A stretch of 34,928 bases of DNA, from NCBI RefSeq assembly GCF_001194135.2, contig NC_068986.1:80147027-80181954 (forward strand). Direction: 5' to 3'. Of the stretch, positions 22,810 through 33,748 are shown piece by piece. Below the pieces are notes generated by a model. The model saw only the letters and a list, made by a program, of their open reading frames with translations, was not told where the DNA came from and made no database searches. Numbering within the stretch: position 1 is the stretch's first letter; each line of letters begins with the position of its first letter. The translations under genes and the position numbers were made by a program. The stretch is from Octopus bimaculoides. Lineage: Eukaryota.

Positions 22810-23426
22810 ATGCATGTATATATACATATATATATATATATATGAATATATACATACATATACGTACATACATATATGTATATACACATGCATATATGGG
22901 TACAGGTCGAACGTAAACAACATGAAATACGAAATATGAAAACATGGAATACGAACTTTTTTTTGCGAACAACGAAAGGAACAAATGGAAAACAAGACAA
23001 GCAACATAAAGAACGACCTGCATTCTTGTCTGTCTCCTGCCAAACCTTGTTTCTCCAGCATTCGCCGCTTCACCTCGTCATGGCTTAACAGTCCTTACCG
23101 TTTTCACTGTCCTGGTTTTGTTATCAACTATGACCCTCTGCAAATCCCAAATTTTATTTAATTTGCTTTGCGGGAGCAACTGTTTTGACGAAGGCGCATC
23201 TTGTCGAAATGTGGATTAGATAAAACAGCTGACAATGATGAAGGGCCGTTCTTTATGTTGCTTGTCTTGTTTTCCATTTGTTCCTTTCGCTGTTCGCAAA
23301 AAAAGTTCGTATTCCATGTTTTCGTATTTCGTATTTCATGCTGTTTACTTTCTCTGACGTCCTGTACCCTTATATGCATGTGTATATACATATATATGTA
23401 ACTGTGTATGTATATGTATGTATACA

Positions 23427-23430
<4 letters not shown>
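22810..23430. mobile_element. PLE-type 3' end copy B with an inverted duplicate of its own terminus
   Basis: The plus copy spans 23019-23370. 22898-23018 is the reverse complement of 23244-23369, and the arms extend into the shared microsatellite. Confidence 0.85.
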
Positions 23431-23466
<36 letters not shown>

Positions 23467-23784
23467 NNNNNNNNNNNNNNNNNNNNNNNNNNNNNNNNNN
23501 NNNNNNNNNNNNNNNNNNNNNNNNNNNNNNNNNNNNNNNNNNNNNNNNNNNNNNNNNNNNNNNNNNNNNNNNNNNNNNNNNNNNNNNNNNNNNNNNNNNN
23601 NNNNNNNNNNNNNNNNNNNNNNNNNNNNNNNNNNNNNNNNNNNNNNNNNNNNNNNNNNNNNNNNNNNNNNNNNNNNNNNNNNNNNNNNNNNNNNNNNNNN
23701 NNNNNNNNNNNNNNNNNNNNNNNNNNNNNNNNNNNNNNNNNNNNNNNNNNNNNNNNNNNNNNNNNTATATATATATATATAGGT

Positions 23785-24292
23785 TATGAGCGATAGTGGT
23801 GTCAATTAGACCCAAGGATTTTTTCAGGTAATGCTGAAGTAAGTGCTATGGATAGACCACAGTTAAGCTCCAGGTTCGGTGGTTATGCTAATAAGGAGCC
23901 CACCTTAGGTCATATATCACCGTGTGAATATAAGGATTTACTTTTCGTAATGAGATAAACAACCAAGGCTGTGTATAATATAGAACATTTATAAATAGAA
24001 TGTCTTACAGCTGTTTCCAGGATATTTATTCATCGGAGACGGTGTGAGAGGATGATTAAACAATAGCTAGTTTAGTTAAGATAGGAAATAGAGAGTGAAT
24101 GTAGGGATATTTTATTTGTAGATCCATTGTTTGGGTAGAATGGTAAACATATAAAATTCCAATACCTTGTGAGTAAGATCCAATTGTTTTTTAAGATTAG
24201 TCGATGCCTTTGTAAATCCATTATTAAGATTCCAATACACAATGAGTTCCAACAGTCTTTGGAATTGGCCATTCCAAATACAGAGTTTATAT
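23785..24292 (-). mobile_element. Second-family PLE-like 3' end (degenerate C-terminal coding remnant, hammerhead-like motif, pseudo-LTR)
   Basis: Minus-strand remnant ...NLNNG...LTHKVLEF...LPKQW..K*, then the type-I hammerhead-like motif at 24041-24002. Confidence 0.5.
24002..24041 (-). ncRNA. Degenerate minimal type-I hammerhead ribozyme motif
   Basis: gtct | c-cGATGA | short degenerate stem II | GAAA | palindromic CAGCTG stem III | GTA site | agac, which closes stem I with gtct. The core U4 is changed to C or deleted. Confidence 0.55.
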
Positions 24293-24309
24293 ATATATAT
24301 ATTATATAA

Positions 24310-24920
24310 TTGAACGCCATGCATCCATTTCCAAATAATTTTGATGCGACACTTGTTCTATTCTATTTCTCTTTCGTTTCCTCTCTCTTTCTTTCTCTAA
24401 TTCTTTTTATATCCCCTTCTCCAACTTTCATTTTTGTCTCTCTCATCCTTTCTCTAATTCTTTTCCTCTCCCCTTCACAGTTCTCTATCTGTTCCTCTCA
24501 CTTCATCACTCTGCCTCCATTACTCTCTCGCTGCTTACACGTGACCATCGGCCATCATTCTTTTCTTAACTTGAGTTTCTTTTCTTCCGATCAGCTACAG
24601 AGATAAGACGCATTCTCGTCTGTCTCCTGCCAAAGCTTGTTTCTCCAGCGTTTGCCACCTCACTTCGTCAACTTTGACACTCCGCAAATCCCAAATTTTA
24701 TTTGATTTGCTTTGCGGTAGCAACTGTTTTGACGAATGCACATCTTGTAAATACTCGAAATGTGGAGTAGATAAAACAGTCGACAACCGATGAAGGGTCG
24801 TTCTTTATATTGCTTGCCTTGTTTTCTCTTTGTTCCTTTCGTTGTTCGCAAAAAATGTTCGTATTCCATGTTTATGTATTTCGTATTTCATGTTGTTTAC
24901 GTTCTATAACGTCCTGTACC
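24310..24920 (+). mobile_element. PLE-type 3' end / pseudo-LTR, copy C
   Basis: Aligns with copies A and B. Begins with a remnant (LNAMHPFPNNF) loosely like the GIY-YIG C-terminal L.TL.P.G.N motif. Confidence 0.7.
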
Positions 24921-25380
24921 AATATATGCATGTGTATATACATATATATGTAAGTATATACGTATATGTATGTATACATGCATATATATATATTATTTAT
25001 ATTATATATATATATATACATATATATGTATGTATGCATGCATATATGTACTGTGTGTATATATGTATGTATGTATGTATGTATCTATGTATGTATGTAT
25101 ACAGGAGATGGAACAGTTTCAACGGCTACGTTCATAGCTCTGCTTAATCTGAGCTAGGGTTAAACGACACCAACAACTCTAGCAACACTTTCAATTTGGC
25201 TCTGTAACAAAGTATTCAACAAGACGGCGTAACAAAATAGTCTTCCAGGCTAATTTACAAAACCTTGTTTTCTGTTGCTTTGCTAAAAGCAATAATGTTT
25301 TCTGTTGCAATTTTATTTGGAGACTTTGGAATTCTTGAAAAAACAAACTATCGTAAAAGTGATATTTCAAACAAAGGAAT

Positions 25381-25545
25381 AAGGCATAGTTGTGTAGGGT
25401 GATAATTCATTACATGATAGTTTGCCAGTTGGCTCCAGGTTCGATCCCCTGGCGAAGCACCTTGTATCTTCTATAATTGTAGTCACGAATAGACCAATAT
25501 TCTTCCAAGTGGAATTTGGAAGACGGAAACTGTGTGGAAGACCGC
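25381..25545 (+). mobile_element. Degenerate family A SINE 5' half
   Basis: aggcatagttgtgt...caggttcgatcccctgg...gcaccttg...gatttggaagacggaaactg. Confidence 0.6.
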
Positions 25546-25586
25546 TGTGTGTGTAGTGTGTATTCATGCGTGTGTAATATATACAC

Positions 25587-25632
<46 letters not shown>

Positions 25633-25695
25633 GCATACACATGTGTGTGTTTCTTTTTATACTCAGTTACTTTTGTAGAGAACAGATTTATTATT

Positions 25696-25802
25696 CTTAA
25701 ACAAAAATGTTATTGACAGTGACTTCGAAGCTTTGGCCAGTTCCCACAATGGCCTAACTGGCCGAAACTTGAAAGTCACTACCAATAATATTCTTGTTTA
25801 AG
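25696..25802. repeat. Imperfect inverted repeat: 47-bp arms, 13-nt loop
   Basis: 25696-25742 pairs with 25756-25802, with about 8 mismatches. Confidence 0.85.
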
Positions 25803-25813
25803 TACTATATATA

Positions 25814-25845
<32 letters not shown>

Positions 25846-25846
<1 letters not shown>

Positions 25847-26439
25847 AACGAAATGTTAGCGCCAAGCAGTATTTAAGCATAAGCAAAATTTAGGCTAGTT
25901 AAAATATGTCTGTGACATTTCAACTGCTAAAAGGCAAATACACTGCGATTACCGTGGTGAAAATATCTCTTTTATGGTAAAAAGTGTGAAAATACCCAAT
26001 TTGTTCAGTGTTGCCATCTATCAAGAATCTCAGACATCGGTGTTTCGAGTTTATTGACTCTTGTCAATGGGATGTGCCTAAGAGAAGCATCTCTGAACAA
26101 ACTTATAAAGCAATAGCTTTATATAAAATTTAGTCAACAACGTTGACTGATTTGCGCTGGTAGATCGCTCGATCGAAGAAAATAACGAAATGTTATCGCC
26201 AAGCAGTGTTTAGGCATAAGCAAAATTTAGGTTAATTAAAATATGTTTGTGACATATTTTAATTGTTAAACGGCAAATACTCTAGAGTTACCGTAGAGAA
26301 AATATCTCTCTTACGGTAAAATGTGTGAAAAGATCCGGTTTGTTCAGTATCATCATCTATCAGGAATCCCAGACATCGATGTTTCGAATTTATTGAGTCC
26401 TGTTAATGGGATGTACCCATGAGAGGCAACTCTGAACAA
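25846..26439. repeat. Diverged tandem duplication, about 255-bp units, period about 337 bp
   Basis: 25846-26100 and 26183-26439 align end to end (taacgaaatgtta...ctctgaacaa), roughly 80% identical by eye. Confidence 0.9.
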
Positions 26440-26454
26440 TATATATATATATAT

Positions 26455-26640
26455 ATTACTTGTTCCACTCAATGAATTGCGGCAATGCAGAAGGGCTTAA
26501 TCGAACAAATGGATTTCAGTACTTATCTATTTTAAGTCTGGTACATATTTTATTACCAATTTTGTCGAACCGATAAGTTACGGAAAGGTACACAAACCAG
26601 CAACGGTTGACAAGTGGTGTCGTGACAAACAAAAACACAA
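26455..26640 (-). mobile_element. Degenerate family A SINE 3' module
   Basis: ttacttgttcc...gtcgaaccgataagttacgg...caccagcaacggttgacaag is the reverse complement of the family A 3' part. Confidence 0.65.
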
Positions 26641-26953
26641 ATATATGACAATGCTTCCTCCCACTTTGATAGGACCACCCAAACATTGCTAGGATCTTAC
26701 GACATACAAGGTGAAAGACTCATGGTGAGGCCACCAGCACCTCCGGATCTCAACCCTATCGAAAATCTTTGGTCCATCATTAAACAAGATGTTTATGCCG
26801 ATGGACGCCAATTTACGTCGAAAGATGTCTTATGGACGACCATCAAAGCTGCAGTAGAGGTAGTCCAACCTGCTATTAAGAAATTGACAGATTCCATGAC
26901 TAATAAGGGTTTTTGAAGTTATTCGTCGAAATGGCGCTCATATGGTTAAATAA
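26641..26953 (+). mobile_element. Tc1-like transposase C-terminal fragment with DD37E spacing (TRT-like)
   Basis: DNASSH (D at 26647) to PDLNPIE (E at 26761) has 37 intervening residues. It continues NLWSIIKQDVYADGRQFTSKDVLW, with one frameshift before the stop at about 26953. Confidence 0.85.
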
Positions 26954-27428
26954 TTCATTATGTCAATAAATGTTATCATATTATTATGGTTTTCTGTTAA
27001 ACATATACTCAATGTATGCTTAAAATATATCATTACCCATCGTTTTCTGAGAAAAAAATGTTTGGACGGGCTATTTTCAGTCAAAAGATATTAGCGTGGT
27101 TCATCCAAAAACTGAAGAATCTGAAATAAAAAAGAAAGGACGCTACACAGAATAATGAAAACATAACAATTGTGTTGCCATAGTGTGAAAATCAGCTTGG
27201 AAAACTTTTATCAAAATCGATTCACAAAAAACCGAGTAATTCTAAATTTCACTTCTAATCTATTAGCGTGATTCTGGGTGTATATAAATATGTGTATGTG
27301 TATGTGTATGCATATATGTACATGTGTGCATGTATGTACATGTATGTACGTGTGTGTGTTTGTGTGTGGTGGGGTCTGCGTGTGTACATGCGTATATATA
27401 TGTGTGTGTGTGTGTATTTATATATGTA

Positions 27429-27645
27429 CGAAGGGGTGCTGGAAAGTTCCTGGTTTTGGATAAAAGAAAATACAGGAGAATCAGTTAATTATGGTTTTAT
27501 TCAACATATTCCCCTCTCAGATACACCCACTTATTGCAGCAGTCTTTCAGTTTTTCTAAGCCCTGCAGAAGAACTCGGAAAGTTGAGCCTCCAATCAGGC
27601 CTTTCGCGACACCCTTAAAACCAGGAACTTTTCAACAGCCGCTCG
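27429..27645. mobile_element. 217-bp Tc1/mariner-type MITE
   Basis: Imperfect TIRs of about 29 bp (cgaaggggtgctggaaagttcctggtttt and aaaaccaggaacttttcaacagccgctcg), each flanked by TA (27427-28 and 27646-47). Confidence 0.85.
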
Positions 27646-27867
27646 TATATATGTATACATAACATACATGCATACATACATACATACATACATACATATG
27701 ATCTCTCAGTTACGGGAAAAGGCAGTGCCTATGTATGACCCTTTACTGGACCTCCGAGACTGATGGGAGGAAGGGAAGGAAGATATAGTCAACGGAGATT
27801 TGGTCCTAATTTTTACAACACATTGGAATCAATAAACACCTCCAAGGGACCAGATTCTGGTGTATTA

Positions 27868-28075
27868 TAGGGTGATGGGTTAAGTCTACCACCCATGAAA
27901 GCCATGGCTGGATTTGAACTAAGAATGCAAAGGGACAGAACAAATACCGCAAGACACCCATTCCGAAGTTCTTATAGCTCCGTCAATACATGACCCTGAA
28001 TTAGTACTTTTTCGTTGACCTTGAAAGGATAAAAGTCAAAGATTTGAACTCAGAAAACAGGATAAAATGCGAAGT
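27868..28075 (-). mobile_element. Degenerate family M SINE(s)
   Basis: ttagtactttttcgttgaccttgaaaggataaaagtcaaagatttgaactcagaa is the reverse complement of family M. Confidence 0.6.
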
Positions 28076-28170
28076 ATTCTACTTGACGCTTTATCAATTC
28101 AGCCGTTTGTTGCCATTTTCATCTTTGACATCAAGACCAATTAATTTGGATGTCAATAATTTCCCCTTCG

Positions 28171-28406
28171 AAGGTAGCGAGCTGGCAGAATCGTTAGCAC
28201 GCCGGGCGAAATGTTTAGCTGTATTTCGTTTGTCTTTACGTTCTGAGTTCAAATTCCGCCGAGGTCAACTTTGCCTTTCATTCTTTCGGGGTCGATAAAT
28301 TAAGTACCAGTTACGCACTGGGGTCGACGTAATCGACTTAATCCCTCTGTCTGTCCTTGTTTGTCCCCTCTATGTTTAGCCCCCTTGTGGGCAATAAAGA
28401 AATAAG
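28171..28406 (+). mobile_element. SINE family M with an alternative 3' end
   Basis: Well-preserved head and central domain, then aatccctctgtctgtccttgtttgtcccc...ggcaataaagaaataag in place of the usual tail. Confidence 0.85.
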
Positions 28407-28575
28407 AATCGTTAGCACGTAGGGCAAAATGCTTACCAGCATTTCGTCCGTCTTTACGTTCTGAGTTCAAATTCCGTCAAAGGTCGACTTCATCTTTCAT
28501 TCTTTCAGGCTCGATAAAATAAATACCTATCCCTCCTTCAAAATTGCTAGCTTGGTGCCAAAACCTGAAAGCAAT
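28407..28575 (+). mobile_element. SINE family M (5'-clipped, directly after the previous copy)
   Basis: aatcgttagcacg...ttctgagttcaaattccg...aaaattgctagcttggtgccaaaa. Confidence 0.8.
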
Positions 28576-28738
28576 AATTTCTCCTCTAAGTGTAAGAATT
28601 TGCAGAACCTAACAACCCAATCGCTTGAGTAGGAACAGACATAGACAAGTAAGTACAAATATTCGAATGAGCAAATAAAAACAATATTTTGATAATGGTA
28701 AAGCGTAATGTTAGCAGGTAAGGTGTTAATTATGTGTT

Positions 28739-28958
28739 TAAGGCAGTGAGCTGGCAGAATCGTTAGCACACCGGACAAAATACTTAGCGGCATTCCTTCC
28801 GGCTGTTTACGCTCTGAATTGAAATGACACCGAGGTCAACCTTAACTTTCATCCTTTTGAGGTCGATAAAATAAGTACCAGTTGAATACTGTGATCGATA
28901 TAATCGATTTACGTCTCCCTAAAATTGTTGGCCTTATGCCAAAATTAGAAGCCATTAT
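28739..28958 (+). mobile_element. SINE family M
   Basis: taaggcagtgagctggcagaatcgttagcac...gtcgataaaataagtaccagttg...ggccttatgccaaaattagaa. Confidence 0.85.
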
Positions 28959-29294
28959 GTGCTTAACTATAGGAATAGTGTTAGAACTAAAATTACCAGA
29001 TTGAAAATCTCAAAGTACGTAACTAGAAAAGAGACCGCTATTCTTTTTATTTTTATTGTTGTTGTACTACAAAGGAATTTTTATACCATTAACAATTACT
29101 GAATAACTTTGGATAATGTTAGTCAAGTTAAAATAGTTACAATGCACCAAATTTATAACCTATATAAATTCTACTTTGGCTCTGTGACGGAAACATCAGC
29201 TCTCATTACCATCTAAGCTATAAGTGTAGATATTCTCTTCTTAACTAATATAAAAATTTAGTAATGAATCGACGTATACACAGTGAACAGCGAG

Positions 29295-29429
29295 AGTCAA
29301 CACGGTGGTTTTCATCCGTTCGAGGTCGATAAAATAAGTACTAGTTAAGCACTGGAATCGATGTAATCAACTATCCCCTTCCTTGAAATTTTAGGTCTTG
29401 TACCTGTTGTAGAAAGTAGTATTATTATT

Positions 29430-29430
<1 letters not shown>
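29295..29430 (+). mobile_element. Family M SINE 3' half, followed by a (CAT)n tract to 29521
   Basis: ttcatccgttcgaggtcgataaaataagtac...gtagaaagtagtattatt. Confidence 0.75.
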
Positions 29431-29492
<62 letters not shown>

Positions 29493-29521
29493 GTCATCAT
29501 CATCATCATCATCATCATCAT

Positions 29522-29717
29522 TAAGACGGTGAGCTGGTAGAATCGTTAGCACGCCAGGCGAAATGCTTTGCGGTGTTTTGTGTCTTCACTTTCTGAGTTC
29601 ATATTCCGCTGAGGTCGACATTGTCTTTCATCCTTTTGGGGTCGATAAATTAAGTACCAGTGAAACACTGTGGTAGATGTAATCGATTCATCCCCTCCCC
29701 CAAAATGTCTGCCCTTG
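29522..29717 (+). mobile_element. SINE family M, 3' end replaced by a LINE fragment
   Basis: taagacggtgagctggtagaatcgttagc...gtcgataaattaagtaccagtg...ccccaaaatgtctgcccttg. Confidence 0.85.
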
Positions 29718-30024
29718 TAACGCTGGAGATGTACTACAGTGTCAGCTGTTCACTATCAGTGAACTAAGATAACACCCCTTATTTTTCGAGCACCTTCCGG
29801 AGTATTCGAGCGGTTCCAAGCAGTGCTGTTTTTTGCAAGTGCTCCACCCTTATTGCAGCCCCTATTTGTTCCATGTACTTCTCAAGATTTTTACTCACTG
29901 TTCCCAATAATACGACAATTATTGGTACTACTACCACCTTTTTCATCAACCACAACTGCTTAACCTCCCAAGCTAACCTGTCATATCTATCTTCCTTATC
30001 GCATACCTTGTTGTCAGCTGGGCA
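29718..30024 (-). mobile_element. 5'-truncated R4/Dong-like RLE non-LTR retrotransposon 3' end, copy 2 (a different family)
   Basis: Uninterrupted frame 30024-29779: CPADNKVCDKEDRYDRLAWEVKQLWLMKKVVVVPIIVVLLGTVSKNLEKYMEQIGAAIRVEHLQKTALLGTARILRKVLEK*. Short 3' UTR with hairpin gttcact-atc-agtgaac. Not in the supplied ORF track. Confidence 0.85.
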
Positions 30025-30140
30025 TCATCATCATCATCATCATCATCATTATTATTATTATTATTGTGGGGTTTTTTTTCTTCTTTCTTCAAATTTTTTC
30101 CCATTTCTCGCCGAGTGTTTTCCGTACACGTAGGGCATTA

Positions 30141-31590
30141 TTATGTTGGAATAAAGACCTGTTGTATTTCATGACAGAGAGAGAGAGAGAGAGAAACAAC
30201 TGATTGTTTGGTCTTGATATATTTAATCAAAGTAAAATTTCCCCTCATTATTGATAACATAGTTCCATTTATTTGACAATTTGTTGATGCCTCAGGCATA
30301 AAATTCTTCAGGTTTTGAAGCAATGAAACACTCAATATAATTTACAGTCGCTTCACAATTAGTAAACTGTTTTCTCTCTAAATGGTGTTGCAATGATCTG
30401 AAAAGATGGAAAAAGATCAGGAGAGTAAGAAGGATGAGGCAAAACTTCCATATTTAATAACATATCTTTTCCTAAATGATTTGGATAATATGTGGTCTTG
30501 CATTATCGTATAAGAGTAACCCGCCTTTACTACTGACTAATGACGGGCGCTTTTTCTGCAAGTCTTTCTGCAGTTGACGATACTTCTCGGCATTATCAGT
30601 TTTATTTTGGTTTAATGCTTCATGATAGACGTCACCCTTCATACCTCACCAAACACTGAGCACAATTTTTTTCGTGTGCAGTAATGGTTTAGGAATGCAC
30701 CCTCTTTTTTCATTAGATGCTAACAATTGTAGATTTCGCTGGATATGATTATAGAGAAACCACCTTTAATCACTTACGATGGTTTTTACTCAGCAAGTGG
30801 TAAGCCTACTCTTCAATATCGAGCAAAGTGTAACTCTTTGGTTAATCTGAGAAGCAGTCAGATGATGTGGGACTGACTGACAAAAATATCAGTCAGTTAT
30901 TGAAGTCAATATAAACAACTAAACTCCTCCACCAAATTTAAGGCTTTGTGTCAATTACATAAATCATTATAATCAGAGAATAATTTAGTTAGAAATAATT
31001 ATTGACTCCTTGCAAGATCCAAACAGACTCCTGCAGTGTTCTCAAACTTATATAGAGACATCGCCTTCTATCAGTGGCAACCTTAACTATATTCAAGAGA
31101 AAGTAGTCTGCATGGTTGATAAGTCTTTATTTGCAGACACATCTGGTTAATTGCCGTGCACATGACATCGTTATTTCGTATTATGTTCAGCTGCAACTAT
31201 CAAGAACAATACTTTTCAGAATTTTCTGTATGCCACGTCTCTACTAGAGCAGCAAGCAAATATCACCCATTTCCTTGAATTGAGACTCATCAATAGAAAA
31301 ATCAACATCTGATTTTGTCCATTAGGCTACAACCAAGCACTTAACTATCTCCCATCTCTAAGCTAAACTGATCGTGAACCGTTAATTTCATATTTAATTC
31401 CTTGACTTCAAACATTTCTCCAAACATTAACATCCAATAGTTTGCTGAATTGGAACCAACACTTCTTGTAATAAAATATTGGTGAAAAGCAAAATAAACA
31501 AAGTTAGAAATTATTCTGTTCGCTGCTTCCCCATTTGTATGCCCATAAGATATATTGCTCATGAGATACATAACCATCCATAAGTGGGAA
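30141..31590 (-). mobile_element. Decayed mariner transposon, interrupted by a degenerate SINE at about 30870-30968
   Basis: C-terminal motifs LLYDNARPH (D near 30505), EVLPHPSYSPDL, FRSLQHHL, GINKL..KW..VI...G.YFD* (stop 30223). Weaker N-terminal remnants LLAALVE and FLLNIV..TD...CLY. TIR-like ta|ttatgttggaataa at 30139. Confidence 0.8.
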
Positions 31591-32588
31591 TATGTTAAAT
31601 ATTATTTTCAAAGTCATATACAATGAATTCATTCGGCGATTTTCTTCAATATTCTGTAACCACAAAATATTTGATTAGTTGACAAAGCAAAAGTCTATGT
31701 GAAGTCTAAATATAAAAATATTCATTAATCGTTAACAAAAAAGGTTGTCATAGCGACGACGACAGTAGGAGATATTTAGTGCATGCATGTCCGAGTAAAA
31801 TGTGTGTCGGCAATGACAGTCAGCTGTAGTAGTCGTCAAATTCCGCAGCCGAGTGCGTAGCGTAAGTTCCTGTAGCAAGTCTCAACCACTGGTCAGTTTC
31901 CAGACAAACCAACTATATATACCCGATGGTCTATCAAAGAAAAGACGCCAAAGACAAAATCGTTAATGAAATTCCAGTATATGTTTTAGCCAAAAATTGT
32001 TAGATTATTTACAGCTACTGGGATTGTAATGAGTTAAGCATCTGATGGTTCTATCGTATTTTTGCCGGTCAACTTAGTTACAATTCTTAATATGTTTAGC
32101 TCGCTGTTTTCGATATGAAGGATAACTGGTAGAATATAAAGAAATAGCTTTTATTATCCAACATAATATTTACAATACCTCCTAGATTAATTTTTAAAAT
32201 CGTGTTTCATACGACCCGTTATAAATACGCGCGCGCGCGTGCCTACATACATGTATGCAATGACATCCGCAGGAAAGACTTTTCTGGTATAAATATAGAC
32301 ATTGTCACAGTTATTGAATACATAACAACACAAGTTATGTTCTCATCAAAACGTCTACCAATTGCAAATATAAAACGTTTAATATAGTTGTTTGAGACAA
32401 GAGAAAAGATCACGTACGATTATAGAGGTCAGCTGCCCTGCTGATACTAATGTTTCTTTTAAAAAATCATGCGTTCGTGAAGAGAAATCAAATTATTTTT
32501 CGATGTGTGTGTGTGTGTGTGTGTGCGTGTGTGTACAGAATTAGCTGGTCTTAACGCTGTATTCATAAAATGTTTATTGTAATTGTGT

Positions 32589-32638
32589 TTCGAGGTGAAA
32601 TGTCATCTTAAGCTATTAAGATGACACTTCCCCTCGAA
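32589..32638. repeat. Isolated hairpin: 23-bp stem with 2 mismatches, 4-nt loop
   Basis: ttcgaggtgaaatgtcatcttaa gcta ttaagatgacacttcccctcgaa. Confidence 0.85.
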
Positions 32639-33180
32639 GCACTAGAAATTTCTTAGGTATATATATATAGTAATGTTCATAAGGAATTAAATCAGATTGT
32701 CGATATTTCGGGTGCATGGACCTTACACCTAATAAAACATAAGTAGAAATCTTAGAGATGGAATACGATTCAAATCAATGACAGCAGTTCGCTAAATAAT
32801 TCATGTCTGACGTCTAGCAGAGGCGTTCAGTCACTTCTCAGCTCAAAGAGCACTGATGAAGATAAAATGAGACTCCGTTATATGCCTCATAGATTCATCC
32901 TCAGCGACTGCAGTGTGTGTGTCCGTGCATGTGTGCGTATGCGTATGCGCGTTAGTGTGTGTGTGTGTGTGTGTAGTCGTAAAGGATGCACTAAAGAAAA
33001 ATATCTTCTGGTATTTAATACTAGTCGCGTTCCTTTACGCCGATGTGAACATAACTATTTCGTCTTGTGTGATCTCGATAAAATCACAAGACTAACACTG
33101 GAAGTTGATATAATTAATTAAAAACCTTAACGTTAGTGCCTCACTGATGGTGAACGCAGCCCAAAGGGAGAAACCAGTGA

Positions 33181-33215
<35 letters not shown>

Positions 33216-33269
33216 AAGGTGCATGACCTTGTTTGACTGAGAAAGCATTTACTTCAATGTACTGATATA

Positions 33270-33748
33270 TTGATTTCTTGCATTGGCACAAGGCCACGAA
33301 TTCAGGAGGAAAGAAACAGCTGAATATATCTAGCCCTGTACTTGATTGGTATTTATTTTATCGATTCCGGAAGGATGAATGGCATTTCTGGCGCGATCTG
33401 AACCAAGAGTGTAAATAGTTGCAACTAAATACCGAAAGGCATTTTGTCCGACACATCGACAATTCTGCCAATTCACAAACTATTAGAGCAAGAAGAAAAG
33501 ACGAAAGAAAAATTTCGTTATATGATATACTAGTTTCAAATTTTTCGCACAGGGCCCGTAATTTTGGTGGAGGGGTTAAGTCGATTATATCGAACAGTGT
33601 ACTCAACTGGTACTTGTTTTATCGACCCCAAAAGGGAAGAAGAGAAAAGTCGACCTCGGTGGAATTTGAACTCAGAACGTGAAGGCGGACGAAATGCCGC
33701 TAAGAATTTTGAGCGGCGCGCTTACGTTTCTGCCAGCTCACTGCCTTA
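33270..33748 (-). mobile_element. Two family M SINE copies (about 33270-33470 and 33505-33748)
   Basis: Reverse complements, e.g. ctggtacttgttttatcgacccc...aaagtcgacctcggtggaatttgaactcagaacgt...ctgccagctcactgcctta. Confidence 0.8.

Noticed and set aside
25846-26439. CRISPR array or LRR-coding repeat
   Set aside because: There are only two long diverged units and no repeat-spacer structure. Changes in the plus frame are mostly non-synonymous and include a stop.
31341-31577. 78-aa ORF as a host exon or LINE RT
   Set aside because: It lies in the N-terminal region of the decayed mariner, and no consistent RT motif order was found.
33135-33216. Hammerhead-like ctgatg...gaaac before a (TAAA)n tract
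   Set aside because: The core is incomplete and I could not build stems I and III.
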